A stretch of DNA of 64,000 nucleotides from Chrysomallon squamiferum (GCA_012295275.1 CM022676.1:7688001-7752000); one strand, 5' to 3'. Counted from the first letter of the stretch, positions 27,148-42,135 are shown. The notes: a model not told the origin generated them from the letters alone. Program-made: numbers and translations.

Positions 27148-29675
27148 GTCGACATAACACAAAATAAGTTACGAGTTAGAACTGTTTGTCACAAATACGA
27201 TATTATGGATGAAGTTGACATTCAAGTCGCCATATGTTTTGACCAACCTGGCCATATACTGGACGATCATTTTGAAATAATCCCAATAGACAAACTTATA
27301 TTCTTAGTTCAGAAAGTGAAACTGACCTGTTCAGACTCGAATGAGAAGCGTTTTCCATACGCACATTATAACCACAAAACCATTTGGAATAAATATTGAA
27401 TCGGGAAAATAAAAAAAGATTTAAAATATTTTTCCCCACATTTACGACGGCAGCAACGTTGACATTGGTAAAAATTGTGAAGGAATAAGATTTTAATTTA
27501 CAGACGACTACGATGAAAAATCGTAACACAGCATTTCCTGTCACAGCTTACAGGAAAAACTGAAATCAAGTCTAAAGGAATTTTTGTTTATAACCGAGAT
27601 TCTGAATAACATGCTTGTAACGAGTCGTTTCCGAAGCATTTGCGAATTTATTCAGTAAAAGGTATGGAAATGTTTTCAAGTGATCTGTTATTTTTTCCGA
27701 TTTTTCCCCGAATCAAAATTTTTGAATAAACAGAGAAAACAAAAATATATACATACATATAATCAGAAACAAACGTACATGATGATACATGTATATATAT
27801 ATTTAATGTACAGATAGGCATATATGTGTGTGAGTGTGACAGTAAGTGAACTGATATTAACTAATGGTAGAGAAGAAAACAAATATTGTTGTTTAATCAT
27901 ATACTATGTAAGGCACTTTTATGAAAAATTAAACAAGGTTAATGAAATCTTAGGCTAAATTCAGTAGAGAACAAACCAAAACTGAATATCAAATCCGAAC
28001 TAACCTGGACTGTTATTCCTAAAATGTTGTGCTTTCATTTCATATAAATAAATAAATAAATAAATAAAAATAGCTTTATATTCCAAATTACATTTACACA
28101 AACATTTTTTTATACAAACACACAGATAAAGACACATGTAAATGATATAGATATATAGATATTCATATATGAATAATGAAAAATTATACCGTTTCACAAG
28201 AATTAAAAGAACATGACTTCATTATAATAAAGTTTTTATAAGCCAAAAATATAATTTCATATATTCTATGATTTTAGATAATCAGACAGCAGGTGTACAT
28301 CAAGATACAGAGAATCCATATTCTACTCTAAATGAAAGACGAAATGACGTACCGTATGACGTCTTAATGTTTAATAGTAAGTGAACTGATATTAATTAAT
28401 GATAGAGAAGAAAGCGAGTATGGTTTTTAATCATACACTTCGTAAGGCACTTTGAAAAAAAAAAATTAAACAACGTTAATGAAATCTCAGGCAAAATTCA
28501 AGTACCGAAGAAACAAAAACGGAACATCAAATCAGAACTAACCTGGACTCTGATTCCAAAAATGTTGTGTGTTTCCTATCATGCAAACTATGCAAATAAA
28601 TAAGTAAGTAAATAAATAAATAAATAAAAATAGCAGTATGTCAGCAAAATACAAAATATGTTACGAGTTAGAACTGTTTCTCACAACTAAGATGTTAGAG
28701 ATGAAGTTGACATTCCTTTCGCGAGATATTTTGACCTACCTGTCGATATATTAGAGGATCATTTTGTAACAATGCCAAAAGAGTAAACTACCATTCTGGG
28801 TTCAAAAACTGAAACTGACATTTTTAGATTCCAGCAAGAAGCGTTTTTCATTCGCACAGTACAAACACAAAGACCATTTGGAATATATGTGCAACTGGGA
28901 AAACATAAAGAGAGAAATAAAATAATTTTCCCATTAACTTACGACAACCACTAGCCTGACATTGTTGGAATTATGAAGAAAAGTATTTTAACTTACAGAG
29001 TACTATGAAAAATCCAGTAACAGCACTTTCTGTTAAAGGTTACAGGAAACATCGAAGTCTAAGGGACATTTTAATCTCTACCCGATTTCCTGAATATGCC
29101 TGACAAACTTGTTTCGGAAGAATTTATTAATTAATTCAATAAACGATACGGAAATGTTTTAAAGTGTTTTCAAGGGATATCTTATTTTTTCCAAATATTT
29201 TGGATATATTTATTTACTTATTTACATTATTTGATATATATTTTATTATCTACTTGATATATTTTTGAGAAAGGATGCTTTCAAAATAGTTTCTGAAATA
29301 GTTTTAAATACATTTTAAATGTATTGTTTTGTTCGAGAAATGTATTTTTATATATCTTGTTTATATAAACGAAAACATAAAGGATTTTCCATGTTTCAGA
29401 TAATCAGACTTTGCCAACAGCTGAATATGAAAATTCAGGAGTTCATACATTTCTCTGGAAAGAGAATATGAGGTAGCATGTGACGTCTTAATGCCTGATA
29501 GTAAGTGAGCTGATACTAATAAATGATAAAGACAGAAAACGATAAACTTATTTAGTCACTTACACAAAAATAAAATAAACGAGGTTGTCTTAACGTTATG
29601 CAGAGGGAAAACATTCTTACGTTTTATAATTATTATTGTAAAGAGAGAGACAATGAATATGAGAAATAAAGAGAG

Positions 29676-29743
<68 letters not shown>

Positions 29744-30041
29744 ATTCTGTCCGATTTTTTTTTTTCGGTGAGCGTTGGTGTTTGATATAATGGAATGCAT
29801 AACTTCCCATCATAATGTTTACCAGATATATGTATGTATGTATGTATGTGAATATGAAGATGCATGTATGTTCATATTATCTATGTAAATATATATATGT
29901 ATGCACAGAGACATGCTTAATGCCACAGTGATGTATCTGGAAACATAAATTTTCACCTGTGTATGTTTGTATATTCCATTCCATGTTTCAGATAATCAGA
30001 CTGTGCCAACGACTGCACATCAAAACAGAAGGAATGTATAG
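17709..30041 (+). CDS. Gene B: IgSF receptor, leader-V-C2-TM with a frameshifted cytoplasmic tail (truncated receptor or pseudogene)
   Basis: Leader 17709-17766 or 19645-19702; V 22424-22735; C2 23867-24127; TM 24814-24930; 25411-25439 (29 nt versus 31); 25812-25858; cassettes 26655-26759, 28278-28376, 29400-29500 (101 nt, frameshift); terminal 29992-30041. Confidence 0.6.
18194..18316. pseudogene. Inverted leader-exon fragment (18194-18240, -) fused to the 3' end of a V exon (18241-18316, +)
   Basis: The reverse complement of the leader and its donor abuts ...gtctggagatgtgatgatgatggatga...gaagtgagag|gtaaaa, which has an in-frame stop. Duplicated at 31505-31627. Confidence 0.75.
18710..19240. 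mobile_element. Unclassified element with internal subrepeats and a degenerate inverted repeat
   Basis: Three acaaaagacaaagaacggcgtgcttc-like subrepeats; 18712-18750 resembles the reverse complement of 19148-19187; copy at ~32043-32575. Confidence 0.4.
19645..19702 (+). CDS. Signal-peptide exon MSCKLFCVFVLLGCVPYVQ (gene B candidate)
   Basis: ATG and GT donor intact. The closer copies are defective: 20302-20359 (donor GT->AT) and 21844-21901 (no ATG). Confidence 0.6.
20518..20897. repeat. 43 bp minisatellite, homogenised array
   Basis: Near-perfect units gcagaacacattattacagtgatttcatgattacgttgataat. Confidence 0.9.
22424..22735 (+). CDS. Gene B V-like Ig exon
   Basis: 312 nt, open: GQHYTLTKSGRFAVVGSSFTFTCLRGDPSPLITWFVNN...GPCVF...FLCSD...VWRYGDDGGHSNEVKLEVR. 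Confidence 0.85.
23867..24127 (+). CDS. Gene B C2/I-set Ig exon
   Basis: 261 nt: DGPGSSLRVN...ISCKADCFISCLYRW...GGIYTCTAVN...INVK; canonical C-W-YxC pattern. Confidence 0.9.
24814..24930 (+). CDS. Gene B transmembrane exon
   Basis: 117 nt: SAAEFSSLFRVVFISGFGTCFVLFVIAITVVVVFSWRKR. Confidence 0.85.
26655..26759 (+). CDS. Gene B degenerate cassette exon (YSSS, no second Tyr)
   Basis: 105 nt: DNQTVPAAVHEDTENSYSSSEGRQTDDPDDIISPD. Confidence 0.6.
28278..28376 (+). CDS. Gene B ITAM cassette exon
   Basis: 99 nt: NNQTAGVHQDTENPYSTLNERRNDVPYDVLMFN. Confidence 0.65.
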
Positions 30042-31769
30042 TCTTCTCTAGAGGATATAGGATATGAAGTCCCATATGACATCTTATAAAGTTTGATATT
30101 AAATGATGTAATATGAGTGAATTATAAAGAAGAAAACAAGTTTATTTGTTAATCATAAACTTCGTAAGACATTTTCATGAACAATTAACGGAGGTCAAAT
30201 TGTTAAATGATTTTATTAAAATATTTAGTTTCTACAGTTACACCAGATTTGAACTGTGTAAATAGCTACCTGTGTGAAATGTTATATAAACATTTTAATG
30301 AGTTTCTAATCCCGAATTTCTACCATTCATTAACATTGTGTGAACTGTGACTGTAACAATGTTGAAATCATGGGACATATTAAATTTGTCACGAAAAATT
30401 AACGTATTTACAAAGAAATACACATATGATTAATAATACATTAATACATTCATAATAATACATTTCATACATACATACACACATACATACATACATATAA
30501 ATACATACATACATGATACATACATACATATCTGCAAACCTAGAAATGCATATACATATACGGTAAAATACCTTCATACGTACGTACGTAAATACCACAC
30601 TTATACAAAACAAAACAAGAAAAAAACTTATATTAGCTATAAAAAATACAACGCTGTACGTCATGTCTCTGAGCTGTATTTAGATTGCTGGATGCAGTCG
30701 ACTGCATCTAGTGTATTGAAAAATATACTGAACTACCCAGATAATATTTTGCAAATAATAAATAAATAAACAAAAATACAAACAAACAAACAAAAAAACC
30801 AACAAACAAATAAATATATAAACAAATAAATAAATAAATTATAAAATGGGTTGTCATTTTACTTGTGAAACATGAAGTAAACCTGAAAAGTCAATGGTGT
30901 TGAAAATTATATTTATATCAAAGCAGTGGTGATAACAAAGTAGTGAAGAAAAGATAATAAAGTAAAAAATATATTTTTGTTAAGGGCAGTAAGAATCAAA
31001 ATACTGGAATTGAATTGTAAGTTATTTTGTGTGTTCATGTTACTGGGATGTGTACTGTACGTACAAGGTATGTATTTTATTTTCAGATTTTTTAATCTGA
31101 AATCTGACTTAATCGCATTTCATTTACAAACTGAATCCTTGCGTATCTATCTGATGTGATCTTTTAAAACATATCTGTATTAAAACATAAGAGAAAAATA
31201 CAAACTCAACTAACCTAACCTAACATAACGTAACATAACATAACATAACACAGAAATAAATAAAACAGTCCATAACACAGAGTAACGTAATGCAATGTAA
31301 AATAATGTAATACACGGTAAAATTATGTAATAAAGTATAATAAAAAATAATAATAAAATAATAAATAGATTTATTTTAAATTTGCTGTTGTTGTTGTTGT
31401 TGTTTTATATTAGTCATTCAAAAATAGCGGCGAGTCCACCCAGATTTCACATTTAAATCATATACAAAAAAGGAGAGAGAAAAAAAAGAATCTAAAATAC
31501 ATACCTTGTACGTAGAAAACAAATCCCAGTAAAACGAAAACACAGAATAACCTCAGTGAACATGGAGCAGTCTGGAGATGTGATGATGATGGATGACGCA
31601 GCAATCAAATAAAACTTGAAGTTAGAGGTAAAATTAACTTATTTATTATTAATATTATTATTGTACGTGTTAGATGTAAACAAAACAAAACAAAAATCAT
31701 CAATTTCGGTTTGAGGCATTTGCCTCGTTTGCCTGAATGTAGTTACGGTCATGCTATATATACGTTTAT

Positions 31770-31881
<112 letters not shown>

Positions 31882-33282
31882 TGTACGTATATATGTGTCC
31901 GCATGAGTACATTTCCACACAGTACAACCATACGTTGTTACATAGATAATTATAAATTTACAAACACCTAGGCAGTGAGTTGGATGGACTGATGGATGGA
32001 TAGAGTGATGTAAAGAATGAAAGAAACATATGAACACAGGCAGAATACTGTCTATGTGCAAAGTTTAACCAGACGTACATAAGAAAGAGAATATTCCGAT
32101 CCTAAAATATAGATTTGCCAGTAACACGCTTCTCCAAAGAAAAAGAAAAAAAGAAAAAAAAAAAAAAAAATTAAAACAAATAATAATAGGCCAACGCAAA
32201 AATTACAAAAGACAAAGAACGGTGTGCTTCTTGGGAAGAGAAGATTACACCCGATTACTGAGAAAACTTTTGACACACCAACAAATTAGATCAGCGGAAA
32301 ATTACAAAACACAAAGAACGGCGTGCTTCGTGGGAGAATATTCAGTCTGATAAAAACATGTTTGCTAGTGCAGGGTTTGACGCCAAAACAATAGCTGCAC
32401 GCAAACACTACAAAATAAAAAGAACGGCGAGCTTCGTGGGAAGCGATGACTACCCCCGATTATGAGCGACCTTTTTTCTTACGTAGTCTGATTAGATCTA
32501 CACGTAGACTATATTCTGTAAGGTTGTACGCATTCGGGGTGCGCGTGGAGCGATGATTACCTCGGTCTAAAATAGTGTTTGTCACGTGTTAATCAGCAGA
32601 CCACTACGTCATTATTTACGTCGATTGGAATATGTCCAAAGATTTGTGAATCAGTGATTTTATGATAGAGGTCTTGGGTTTCTTCTTGTAGTGTGTTCAT
32701 GTACGAATAAACGGTAGTATTTATGTTACTAGCAAACTGCTGAATTCAGTCGAGTGGATCTAATATATTATAGATATTATTTTATAAAGAACGGGTGTTT
32801 TTATTGTGAAGCAGAAAGTAAAGTTGTTAACATAGCAACAGAAAATTAAAAAACGAAGAATTTGAAACAAAAAGAATTAACGATAAAAAAATAAATCAAA
32901 ATAAAAAAATAATAATAATTGTAATAATAATAATAAAACTAAATTTGTATTGACGGCAGTGAAAACTATAATACTGGAAATGAGTTGTAAATTATTCTGC
33001 GTGTTCGTGTTACTTGGATGTGTACCGTACGTACAAGGTATGTATTTTATATTCAGACTTTTTTATATGAAATCTGAGTTAATCTCGTTTTATTCACAAA
33101 CTGAATCCTTGCGTAACTATCTCATGTGATCTTTTGAAACATATCTGTATTAAAACATGAGAGAAAAATACAAACTAAACTGAACTAAACTAACATAACA
33201 CAACATAACATAACAGAACAGAACAGAACATAACATAGCATAACATAACAACATAACACAGCATAAAAAGATAACAGTCCAC

Positions 33283-33313
<31 letters not shown>

Positions 33314-33574
33314 TTCGTTTATATTAACTGCAGTGAAAACTAAAATACTGGAAATGAATTGTAAGTTATTCTGTGTGTTCGTGTTACTGGGACGTGTATT
33401 GTATGTGCAAGGTATGTATTTTATATTCAGATTATTTATCTCTATCTGAGTTAATGTAACTGTGAAATCTGGGTTGAGTCGACGTTGCGTGTGAACAATG
33501 GTGATGGATAAATAGTTCTAATTTCTTTAACTGATGTATTATCTGTGTGTGTAAATACAAGTAGACATTGTACC

Positions 33575-34226
33575 CATTAATATACTGGATTCATGATTAC
33601 GCTAAACTGAAAGCGCAGCACACATTAATACAGAGAATTCATGATTACGTTGATAAAGCAGTACACATTAATACAGAGAATTCATCAATACGTTGATAAA
33701 GCAGTACACATTAATACAGAGAATTCATTGCTGCCTTGATATCGCAGTACAGATTAATACAGTCAATTGATGATTACCTGATAACACAGTACACATTAAT
33801 ACAGTGAATTCATGATTACGTTGACAAAGCAGTACACATTAATACAGTGAATTCATGATTACGTTGATAACGGGGAACACTTAATATAGTGAGCTCATGA
33901 TTACGTTGATAACGGGGAACACTTAATACAGAGAATTCATTGCTGCGTTGAGCTCATTGATTATGTTGATAACGGGGAACTACACTTAATACAGTGAATT
34001 CATGATTACGTTGATAACGGGGAACACTTAATACAGTGAGCTCATGATTACGTTGATAACGGGGAACACTTAATACAGTGAATTCATGATTACGTTGATA
34101 ACGGGGAACACTTAGTACAGTGAATTCATGATTATGTTGATAACGGGGAACACTTAATACAGTGAATTCATGATTACGCTGATAATCGGGAACAGATTAA
34201 GACAGTGAATTTATGTTTACATTGAT
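33575..34226. repeat. 42-43 bp minisatellite, expanded array
   Basis: About 15 units in two sub-types (gcagtacacatt.. and acggggaacactt..). Confidence 0.9.
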
Positions 34227-35487
34227 GGGATCACTTAAAAATAAAATTATGATTTAAGAACAATAATTTTAATACTGGCAATTAATTTTTGCATTATTTT
34301 CCTAATCAGCTTAAATGTTGGCTTTGTCTATATATTTTTTCTATATACTAAACATCAGAAGTTTCTTATTTTGACGCAAAACGTTTTATATATTAAACGG
34401 GAATGAAAACGAATTATGTTAATATAAAGTAATGTAATACAATATCATATAATATGATAAAATATGATATTATATGACGTAATGTAGTGTAATATAATTC
34501 AGTGTTAAGTAGTCTATTTCACTGTAAAATAATATAATGTTACATAAAGAGTAGAATGCAGTTCATTATAATTAGTATACATTTATAAAAAGTGAATATA
34601 ATGTATTACTAATATATAATACAAACAGAAGAAAATGATAACATTTATTTTATTATATATATATATATATATATTACGTAATTTTCTTTTTTATTTACTA
34701 TATTAAACTAAACCATATTAAATTTGTCTATTTCTTTCAGTATTATTCTGTATTACATCAAATTTAACTGTGGTACAATCTGCTACACAATCCTATACTA
34801 TACTATGCTATGCTATGCTATGCTATGCTATGCTAAACTGAGCTGCACTATACTACACTATACTTTGATATTCTGTTTTATACTATACTGTAGTCTATTA
34901 TACTGTAATCAATATAGTGAACTATACCTACCTAATTACATATATACGTACATACAAACATACACACATAAAGCTAATATACGTACGTACATACTTAGCT
35001 ACTTATATATATATCTATATACATGCATAAATACAAACATACCTAGAAAGGAAAATACCTTCATAAGTACAAAAACACAAACGTAGTGAAAGTAGTGGAA
35101 ACTATATTTCTATTAGCGGCAGTGAAACTGTAAGTTGTAAGTTATTTTGTGTGTTCGTGTTACTGGGATGTGTATTGTATGTACAAGGTATGTATTTTAT
35201 ATTCAGATTATTTATCTGTAACTGAATTAATGTATCTGATGACTAATGAAAAATGAAATTTATAACTGTGTCTCTTGAAATATATCTGTTAAAATATGAA
35301 AATAAATAACAGAACATAACATAATACAACAAACATAGAATGATATAGCAATATAACATAACATAGAGTAATATCAAAGTCCATAACACAGCGTACTGTA
35401 ACGTAATGTAACACAATGTAATACAGTCTAAAAGTATGTAACGAAATATAACAAAACGATCATAATAATAATAACAACAACAACAAC

Positions 35488-35518
<31 letters not shown>

Positions 35519-35614
35519 CGTAAGATATAGCCTAGCAAAAATGTAATTATAAAAATATTTAAATTTAGTTTAATTTAATTTATTTTAATTATTTAATTTA
35601 TTATTTTTATTATG

Positions 35615-35649
<35 letters not shown>

Positions 35650-35679
35650 CATTGTTATTATTATTATTTTAAATTTAAG

Positions 35680-35987
35680 GTCATCATTATACATTAACAA
35701 CATCAGGAAGATATGCAATTGTTGGATCAACTTTTACTTTTACCTGTCGAGGAGATCCTTCTTCTCTAATTACCTGGTTTGTGAATAACACAGAATACAG
35801 AATGGAAGTACAGGGTAAAGATGGTTCATTTGTTTTTCGTGGTGAACATCCAAAAGAATTCAGGTTTTTCTGTTCAGACGATATAAACGTCGTCGTAATA
35901 AAATCTGTCAAACTCAGTCAACATGGAACTGTGTGGAGATGTGGAGATGATGGAGGACACAGCAATGAAGTAAAACTTGAAGTGAGA
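35680..35987 (+). CDS. Gene C V-like Ig exon
   Basis: GHHYTLTTSGRYAIVGSTFTFTCRGDPSSLITWFVNN...VWRCGDDGGHSNEVKLEVR. Both canonical Cys are present; the donor is shifted to phase 0. Confidence 0.7.
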
Positions 35988-36470
35988 GTAAAATTAACTT
36001 AATTATTATTAATATTAATATTAATATTGTTCAAAAAAAAAAAAAAAAAATGTTAAATAAAACTGAAAAGTGAGATATAAAATATTTACTGTTAATGATA
36101 ATCTAAGTGATAAACTGAATAAATCAAGACAATTCTGGAAGTCAGATGTATTATCAGTTTTATGTTTATAATTATCTTTCTACGAAATATGTACTTTTTT
36201 AATGTAAAATAAAACAAAACTGTAACTCAAACAATGCATCTAAACAATGTAAACATCAATAAAAAAGAGAATAATATTTAAAATCAGAGGTCAAAAACCT
36301 TTTTTTTTTATCAGTTAAGAATTATTAATGTATTTTAACATTTTAGCAAGTTTATATTCCTACATCAAAGAATGTCAATCATAATTATATGCTTAAACAA
36401 AGAGATACGTAAGATATATTTTAAACGAATTTTTAGTAGTAGTAGTCATATCACCATCATCATCATCTTC

Positions 36471-36532
<62 letters not shown>

Positions 36533-36801
36533 GAAGAAGAAGAAGAAGAAGAAGAACGACAACAACAACGGTGTCAACAGCTATAATAATAATGATGACG
36601 ATGATGATGAGAATCATGTTGATAATAACCAAAACAAACAAATATCTTTGATGTATTTAACTGTTCAGCTTTTATTTATTTTTTATTTTATTATTATATA
36701 TATATATATTCACTTTTTTTCACTTATTTTATTTTATTTACTTTTATTTATTTTTATTTTTTTATTTATTTTTTATTTTTTATTTTTTTTTTTTTTTTCA
36801 G

Positions 36802-37062
36802 ACGGTCCCGGCAGTTCACTTCGAGTAAATTCTTCATCTGATATCACTGTAGAGGAAGGAACTGACGTGACAGTATCATGTCGAGCCGATTGCTTTATCA
36901 AATGTCTTTACAGATGGGAACTGACCAATCAGATTGTCAGTAACAACAGACTACTGGCACTGACTAATATCACGAGATTTCAAGATGGCGTCTACACATG
37001 CATTGCTGTTAATCCGGATACAAACCAAACAGCACATAAACAAATTATTATTAATGTTGAGA
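36802..37062 (+). CDS. Gene C C2/I-set Ig exon
   Basis: 261 nt: DGPGSSLRVN...VSCRADCFIKCLYRW...DGVYTCIAVN...INVE. Confidence 0.8.
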
Positions 37063-37096
37063 GTAAGTTTTAATTCGTTTTATTTCGCATTTAATG

Positions 37097-37230
<134 letters not shown>

Positions 37231-37748
37231 TGTGTGTCTATATATTGTATATATGTGAATAAATTTGTGTACCTATGTACGTTTTGAGGAATGTTTGTTA
37301 TTGTGTTGTTGCTTTTTTTCTTACTGTCTGCACGTACGAATATATTTATGTTTATGTGTTTGTGTGTTTGTATATATATATATAATTATATATTTACAAA
37401 TATCAAGATAGTGAGTTTGTGCTTGGATGAAAGGATGGACGCATCCATGGATAGACTGACGTAAAGAATGAAAGAAAAATCAGACAGAGAAACTGATGGA
37501 CATAAACAGAGTTACAGATAATAGAGAATTACAGAAAATAATTGTTCATGTAGAAAAATCGATGTAGTAAGTGTGAAATAAATATACACAAATAATACCT
37601 TAACTGAAAGATACATTAACTATACGAAATAAACAATTAGCTATTTTCCGATGATATATTAATAATAGCAAATACATATTACCTACCAACTGAAAATATA
37701 TAAATAATATATTAGTTTAATCTCACATTTTTATTAAATGTTTTTCAG

Positions 37749-37868
37749 CGCGCTCTGTAGAGGACAGCACTCATTTAGAAAAAGGATTTGCCATCGGTTT
37801 TGGAACTTGCTTTTTTCTGTCTGTTATCATTAACATTGTCGTTGTTTTCTTCTTCCGATACAAAAAAA
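37749..37868 (+). CDS. Gene C transmembrane exon
   Basis: 120 nt: TRSVEDSTHLEKGFAIGFGTCFFLSVIINIVVVFFFRYKK. Confidence 0.75.
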
Positions 37869-39640
37869 GTATTTATTTGCTTGTTTGTTTGTTTGTTTGT
37901 TTGTTTCATTTTAATTTATTTTTGATTTTTTGACTTTATATTCTTTTTTATATATTCATTCATCCATTTGCTCGTTCGTTCATTATTTCCTTCATTTGTT
38001 TGTTTCTTTGTTAGTATGTATGTATATTTACTTATGTGTTTTAGCATTTGAATTACACTTACCTATAGAATGAAGAGGAGATAAATCAAGTGTAACTGAC
38101 ACAATTTGTTTACGTAGAGTCATCAAACCTGTTTTTCAGATCATCTATGCATTTCTGCCATTCTTATGTATATATGGATAGGTAGATATGCAAAGAGTAA
38201 GAGATAAGTTATATGTAAAAACATACACTTAAGCATATTCATTTTTATAAATTGATATATATTAATGTGATTATAGTTATCTCTGCACGCACTTTTGTAT
38301 AAACTTTTTATCCATGTATAGATAATCACACACACACACACACACACACAGACACACACACACAGATACGTATTAATGCGATTATTTTATCTCTTCACAA
38401 AACAATTTTTATATAAAGGAAAACATAATTTCATTCCATGTTTCAGGTAATGAGACTGCGCTTGCAGCTGAAAATCAAGATACAGAAAATCCATGTAATC
38501 ATCTAAATGAAAGACGAAATGATGTTCCAGAGAACGGCATAACCCTTATGACAGTATGTGAATTGATATTAATGAATCGTAGAGAAGAAAAGAAGTATTG
38601 TTTTCTTAATCACAGACTTATAAGTAAGAAAATTTGATAAAAAAAAATTAAACAAGGTTAATAAAAAGACTCTGTACATTTAGTACAGAACAAACACGTG
38701 AAAAAACTGAAAATAAAATCCGAACTAACCTGGACTGTAAAATTTCAAAAAATGTTATGGATTTTTAAAACATGCAGTTTATGTGAATATAAAAAAAATG
38801 AAATGTGTTGGCCATAAAAATATGTTACGAGTTAGAATTTATTTCTCACAAATTCGATATTATGGATGAACGTCAAGACACAAAAGAATCCACATAATTA
38901 TCTAAATGAAAGACGAAATTATGTTCCGGAATACGCCATAATGACAGTAAGTGAATTGATATTAATGAATCGTAAAGAAGAAAACAAATATTGTTATAAT
39001 TATACACTTGTAAGACACTTTGACAAAAAAATTAAACAAGGTTAATAAAATATCACTGTACATTTAGTACAGAACAAAGAAATACTGAAAAACAAATCCG
39101 AACTAACCTAGACCGTGATTTCAAAAATAAAGTTATACAAATATTTTGACCTACCTGGCCATATATTGGACGATCATTTTGAAATAATCCCAATAGAGCA
39201 AACGCGAATTCTCGATTCAAAAAATAAAACTGACATTTTTAGACTCCAGCCAGAAGCGTTTTGAATTTGTACATTACAAACACAAAAACCATTTTGAATA
39301 AATGTTGAATTGGGAAAATAGAAAGAGAGAGATAAAATATTTTTTGGAGGTTGACGCTTGTAAAAATTGTGAAGAAACAAGATTTTGACTTACAGATTAA
39401 TATGAAAAATTCAGTAACATCAGTTCCTGTCAAAATTTACAGAAAAAAAACAAATCAAATCTAAAGGAATTTTAGTTTCTAACCGATTTTCTGATAAAAT
39501 TTAATACATACATACATATATATATACACACACAGACGTACATGCATACATATATACATACTTTATATATATATATATGTGTGTATATATATATATACAT
39601 ACATACATACATACACACACATATATATATATATATATAC

Positions 39641-39677
<37 letters not shown>

Positions 39678-39907
39678 CATACATACATACATACACACAT
39701 CAATACAGCTACAGAAACACATTCTTATGTGTGTGTATGTATGTAGACAAATATAATGTATTTGTGGATGTGTATTTATATATATACAGTGTGTATATAT
39801 ATATATACACACACACATAAACACACACACACATTATTGCGATTATTGTTTTGCTCCGCACATGACAATTTGTATAAACCATAGCATAATTTCTTTCCAT
39901 GTTTCAG

Positions 39908-39996
39908 ACTATCAAACATCAGCTGTACGCGAAGATACAGAGAATCCATATTATCCTATATACGTCCATGGCCCTCTCCTGCAGAATACTGAGTAA
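39908..39996 (+). CDS. Gene C terminal exon
   Basis: ..YQTSAVREDTENPYYPIYVHGPLLQNTE-TAA, followed by 3' sequence homologous to that after the A, B and D terminal exons. Confidence 0.6.
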
Positions 39997-41084
39997 ACGA
40001 TAAAGAAGAACACAGATTCATTTGTTAAACACACGCTTCTTAAGGCACGTTCCTGAAAAATTAAGCAAGATTATATTGTTAAATGTTTATACTAAAATAC
40101 AAAGACTTCATATATTCAATTTCTACAGTCACACAAGATTTGAACTGTGTTAATAGCTACCTGTGAGGAAAGTATTAAACATTTTAATGAGTTGCCAATC
40201 GCGAATCTGTATCAGTTATTACTATTGTGTGAACTGTAACTGTAACAAAGTAAATATCTCGGGATATTCATCACGTAAAAGTAACGTATTTACACATATA
40301 CACATTACAAAGAGGAACAAATTTTATCAATCTCAATAATGTCTTCTCGCGATGATGTCTAACAAATGAAATATTCGTCATATTCGCACATTTTATATTC
40401 GACATATTCGCATATTCGTGACGTCTTGGAATTGTCTATTTTCATGTATGACGGTGGTATGTGAAATTATATTCCTGTCTGATAATGGCAGAATAAAACA
40501 ATATTGACAGTTTTCTATACAGACAAAAGTTTCCGTTCCGTTCTAGTGTTTTTGAGTTACTCAAATTTTTAAATTCAATTTAGACTGAATAAGGCATATT
40601 TCCCTATGGTGATTTTATGATGATTTTGTAAAAGTCGGAGGACTGCTGATTCTGGTTGTTGTTGAGGTAGCATACATTTTATGTTCTTTTCTGGACGGTT
40701 CTAATTGGTCTTGGGGTTTTTGTTTTTTTTCGTGTGTTTCTTTTGTTTGTTTGTGTGGGTTTTTTTTAATTTTTTTAATTTTTTTTTTTTTTTTTTTGTG
40801 TTGTTTTTTTTTTTTTTTTTTTTTTACAGTGTCCTGATCTGTTAATGCATTACTAAAATATAACTTTTAGTTAACTTACCTCTTTTGTACCAAGAAGTTT
40901 TTAGTCATCTTTTTTCTTCATCGCATATTGTTGCATTTGTATCTGGTTAAATTGGTACAAAATGTGTTAAACGAATTGTGAGCATGCAGTTAGAACAGGA
41001 GATAGGATATAGAATATGTTGTAACTACTAAACTAGAGTGTACTATTTTTTGTTAATTATTTTATCTGATTTTATCATATAGCG

Positions 41085-41132
<48 letters not shown>

Positions 41133-41393
41133 TCTTTGTGATAGCAAAACATTTTCTAATTATCTGTTATATTTTCCCTTCGTAATAAAAAAAAATAAAG
41201 TTTTAATTTTTGTCTTCTAAATCTGTTCGTCTGTTTGTGTGTCTTTCTTCATTTAACACTTTCTCCATCGATTTTTGTACTTCAGCCATTCTGATTTTAC
41301 ATACATCTCTTTTCTTTTTTATTCTTTCTGTAATTCTGTATTTTTCTGTTTCTCTACCTGATTTATTTTTCATTCTTTATATTTTTATTTATC

Positions 41394-41433
<40 letters not shown>

Positions 41434-42077
41434 CATACACTCTCTATATATATATATATCTGTGGGTATATATGTGTATATATATGTGTGTGTGTGTGTT
41501 TGAGTGTGTATGTTTAATGTTTGAATGTGTATATGTTTATGTTTGTATGCATTTGTATGTATATATGTATCTGCAAATGTATATGTGTCTGTATATGTAT
41601 TTGTGTGTATATATATGTCTGCAAATGTATATGTGTGTGCATATATGTCTGTATATGTATATATGTGTGTATATATGTGTCTGTATATGTATATGTGTGT
41701 ATATATCTGTCTGTATATGTATATATGTGTGAGCTTGAGTGTATGTTTATGTATGTATATGTGTGTGTATCTAAATGTCTGCATGTCTGGTTGTATGTAT
41801 TCTGTCGCTGTGTGTGTGTGTGTTGAAAAACCTAGTCACTCGGTTCTATCAGATAAACGGACTTGAAATGCACTGGTTCTTAATCATGATATTTTACTGA
41901 ATAACAAGTATATAGGTATTCGTACCATCAGGAAGTAACAGATCGGTATTGAGCAAACCTTATAACTTTGTTTTTTATTTTTATTTTTTGTCTTTTTTAA
42001 TTAACGGCAATGAAAACAAGAAACTAGTGAAGAAAAGAAACTAAAAGTTATTTTTATATTAAACTAAAATAATGGAA

Positions 42078-42135
42078 ATGAGTTTTAAGTTATTCTCTAT
42101 GTTCGTGTTACTGGGATGTGTATTGTACGTACAAG
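42078..42135 (+). CDS. Upstream alternative signal-peptide exon MSFKLFSMFVLLGCVLYVQ
   Basis: ATG and g|gtatgt donor; followed by a short copy of the 43 bp minisatellite (~42320-42450). Confidence 0.55.

Noticed and set aside
27205-27399. ORF MDEVDIQVAICFDQPGH... in the 550 bp intronic repeat
   Set aside because: The frame is not maintained among the eight copies and no recognisable domain is present.
40340-40600. Short atattcg repeats and a MITE-like stretch
   Set aside because: No matching terminal inverted repeat pair or target-site duplication could be identified by eye.
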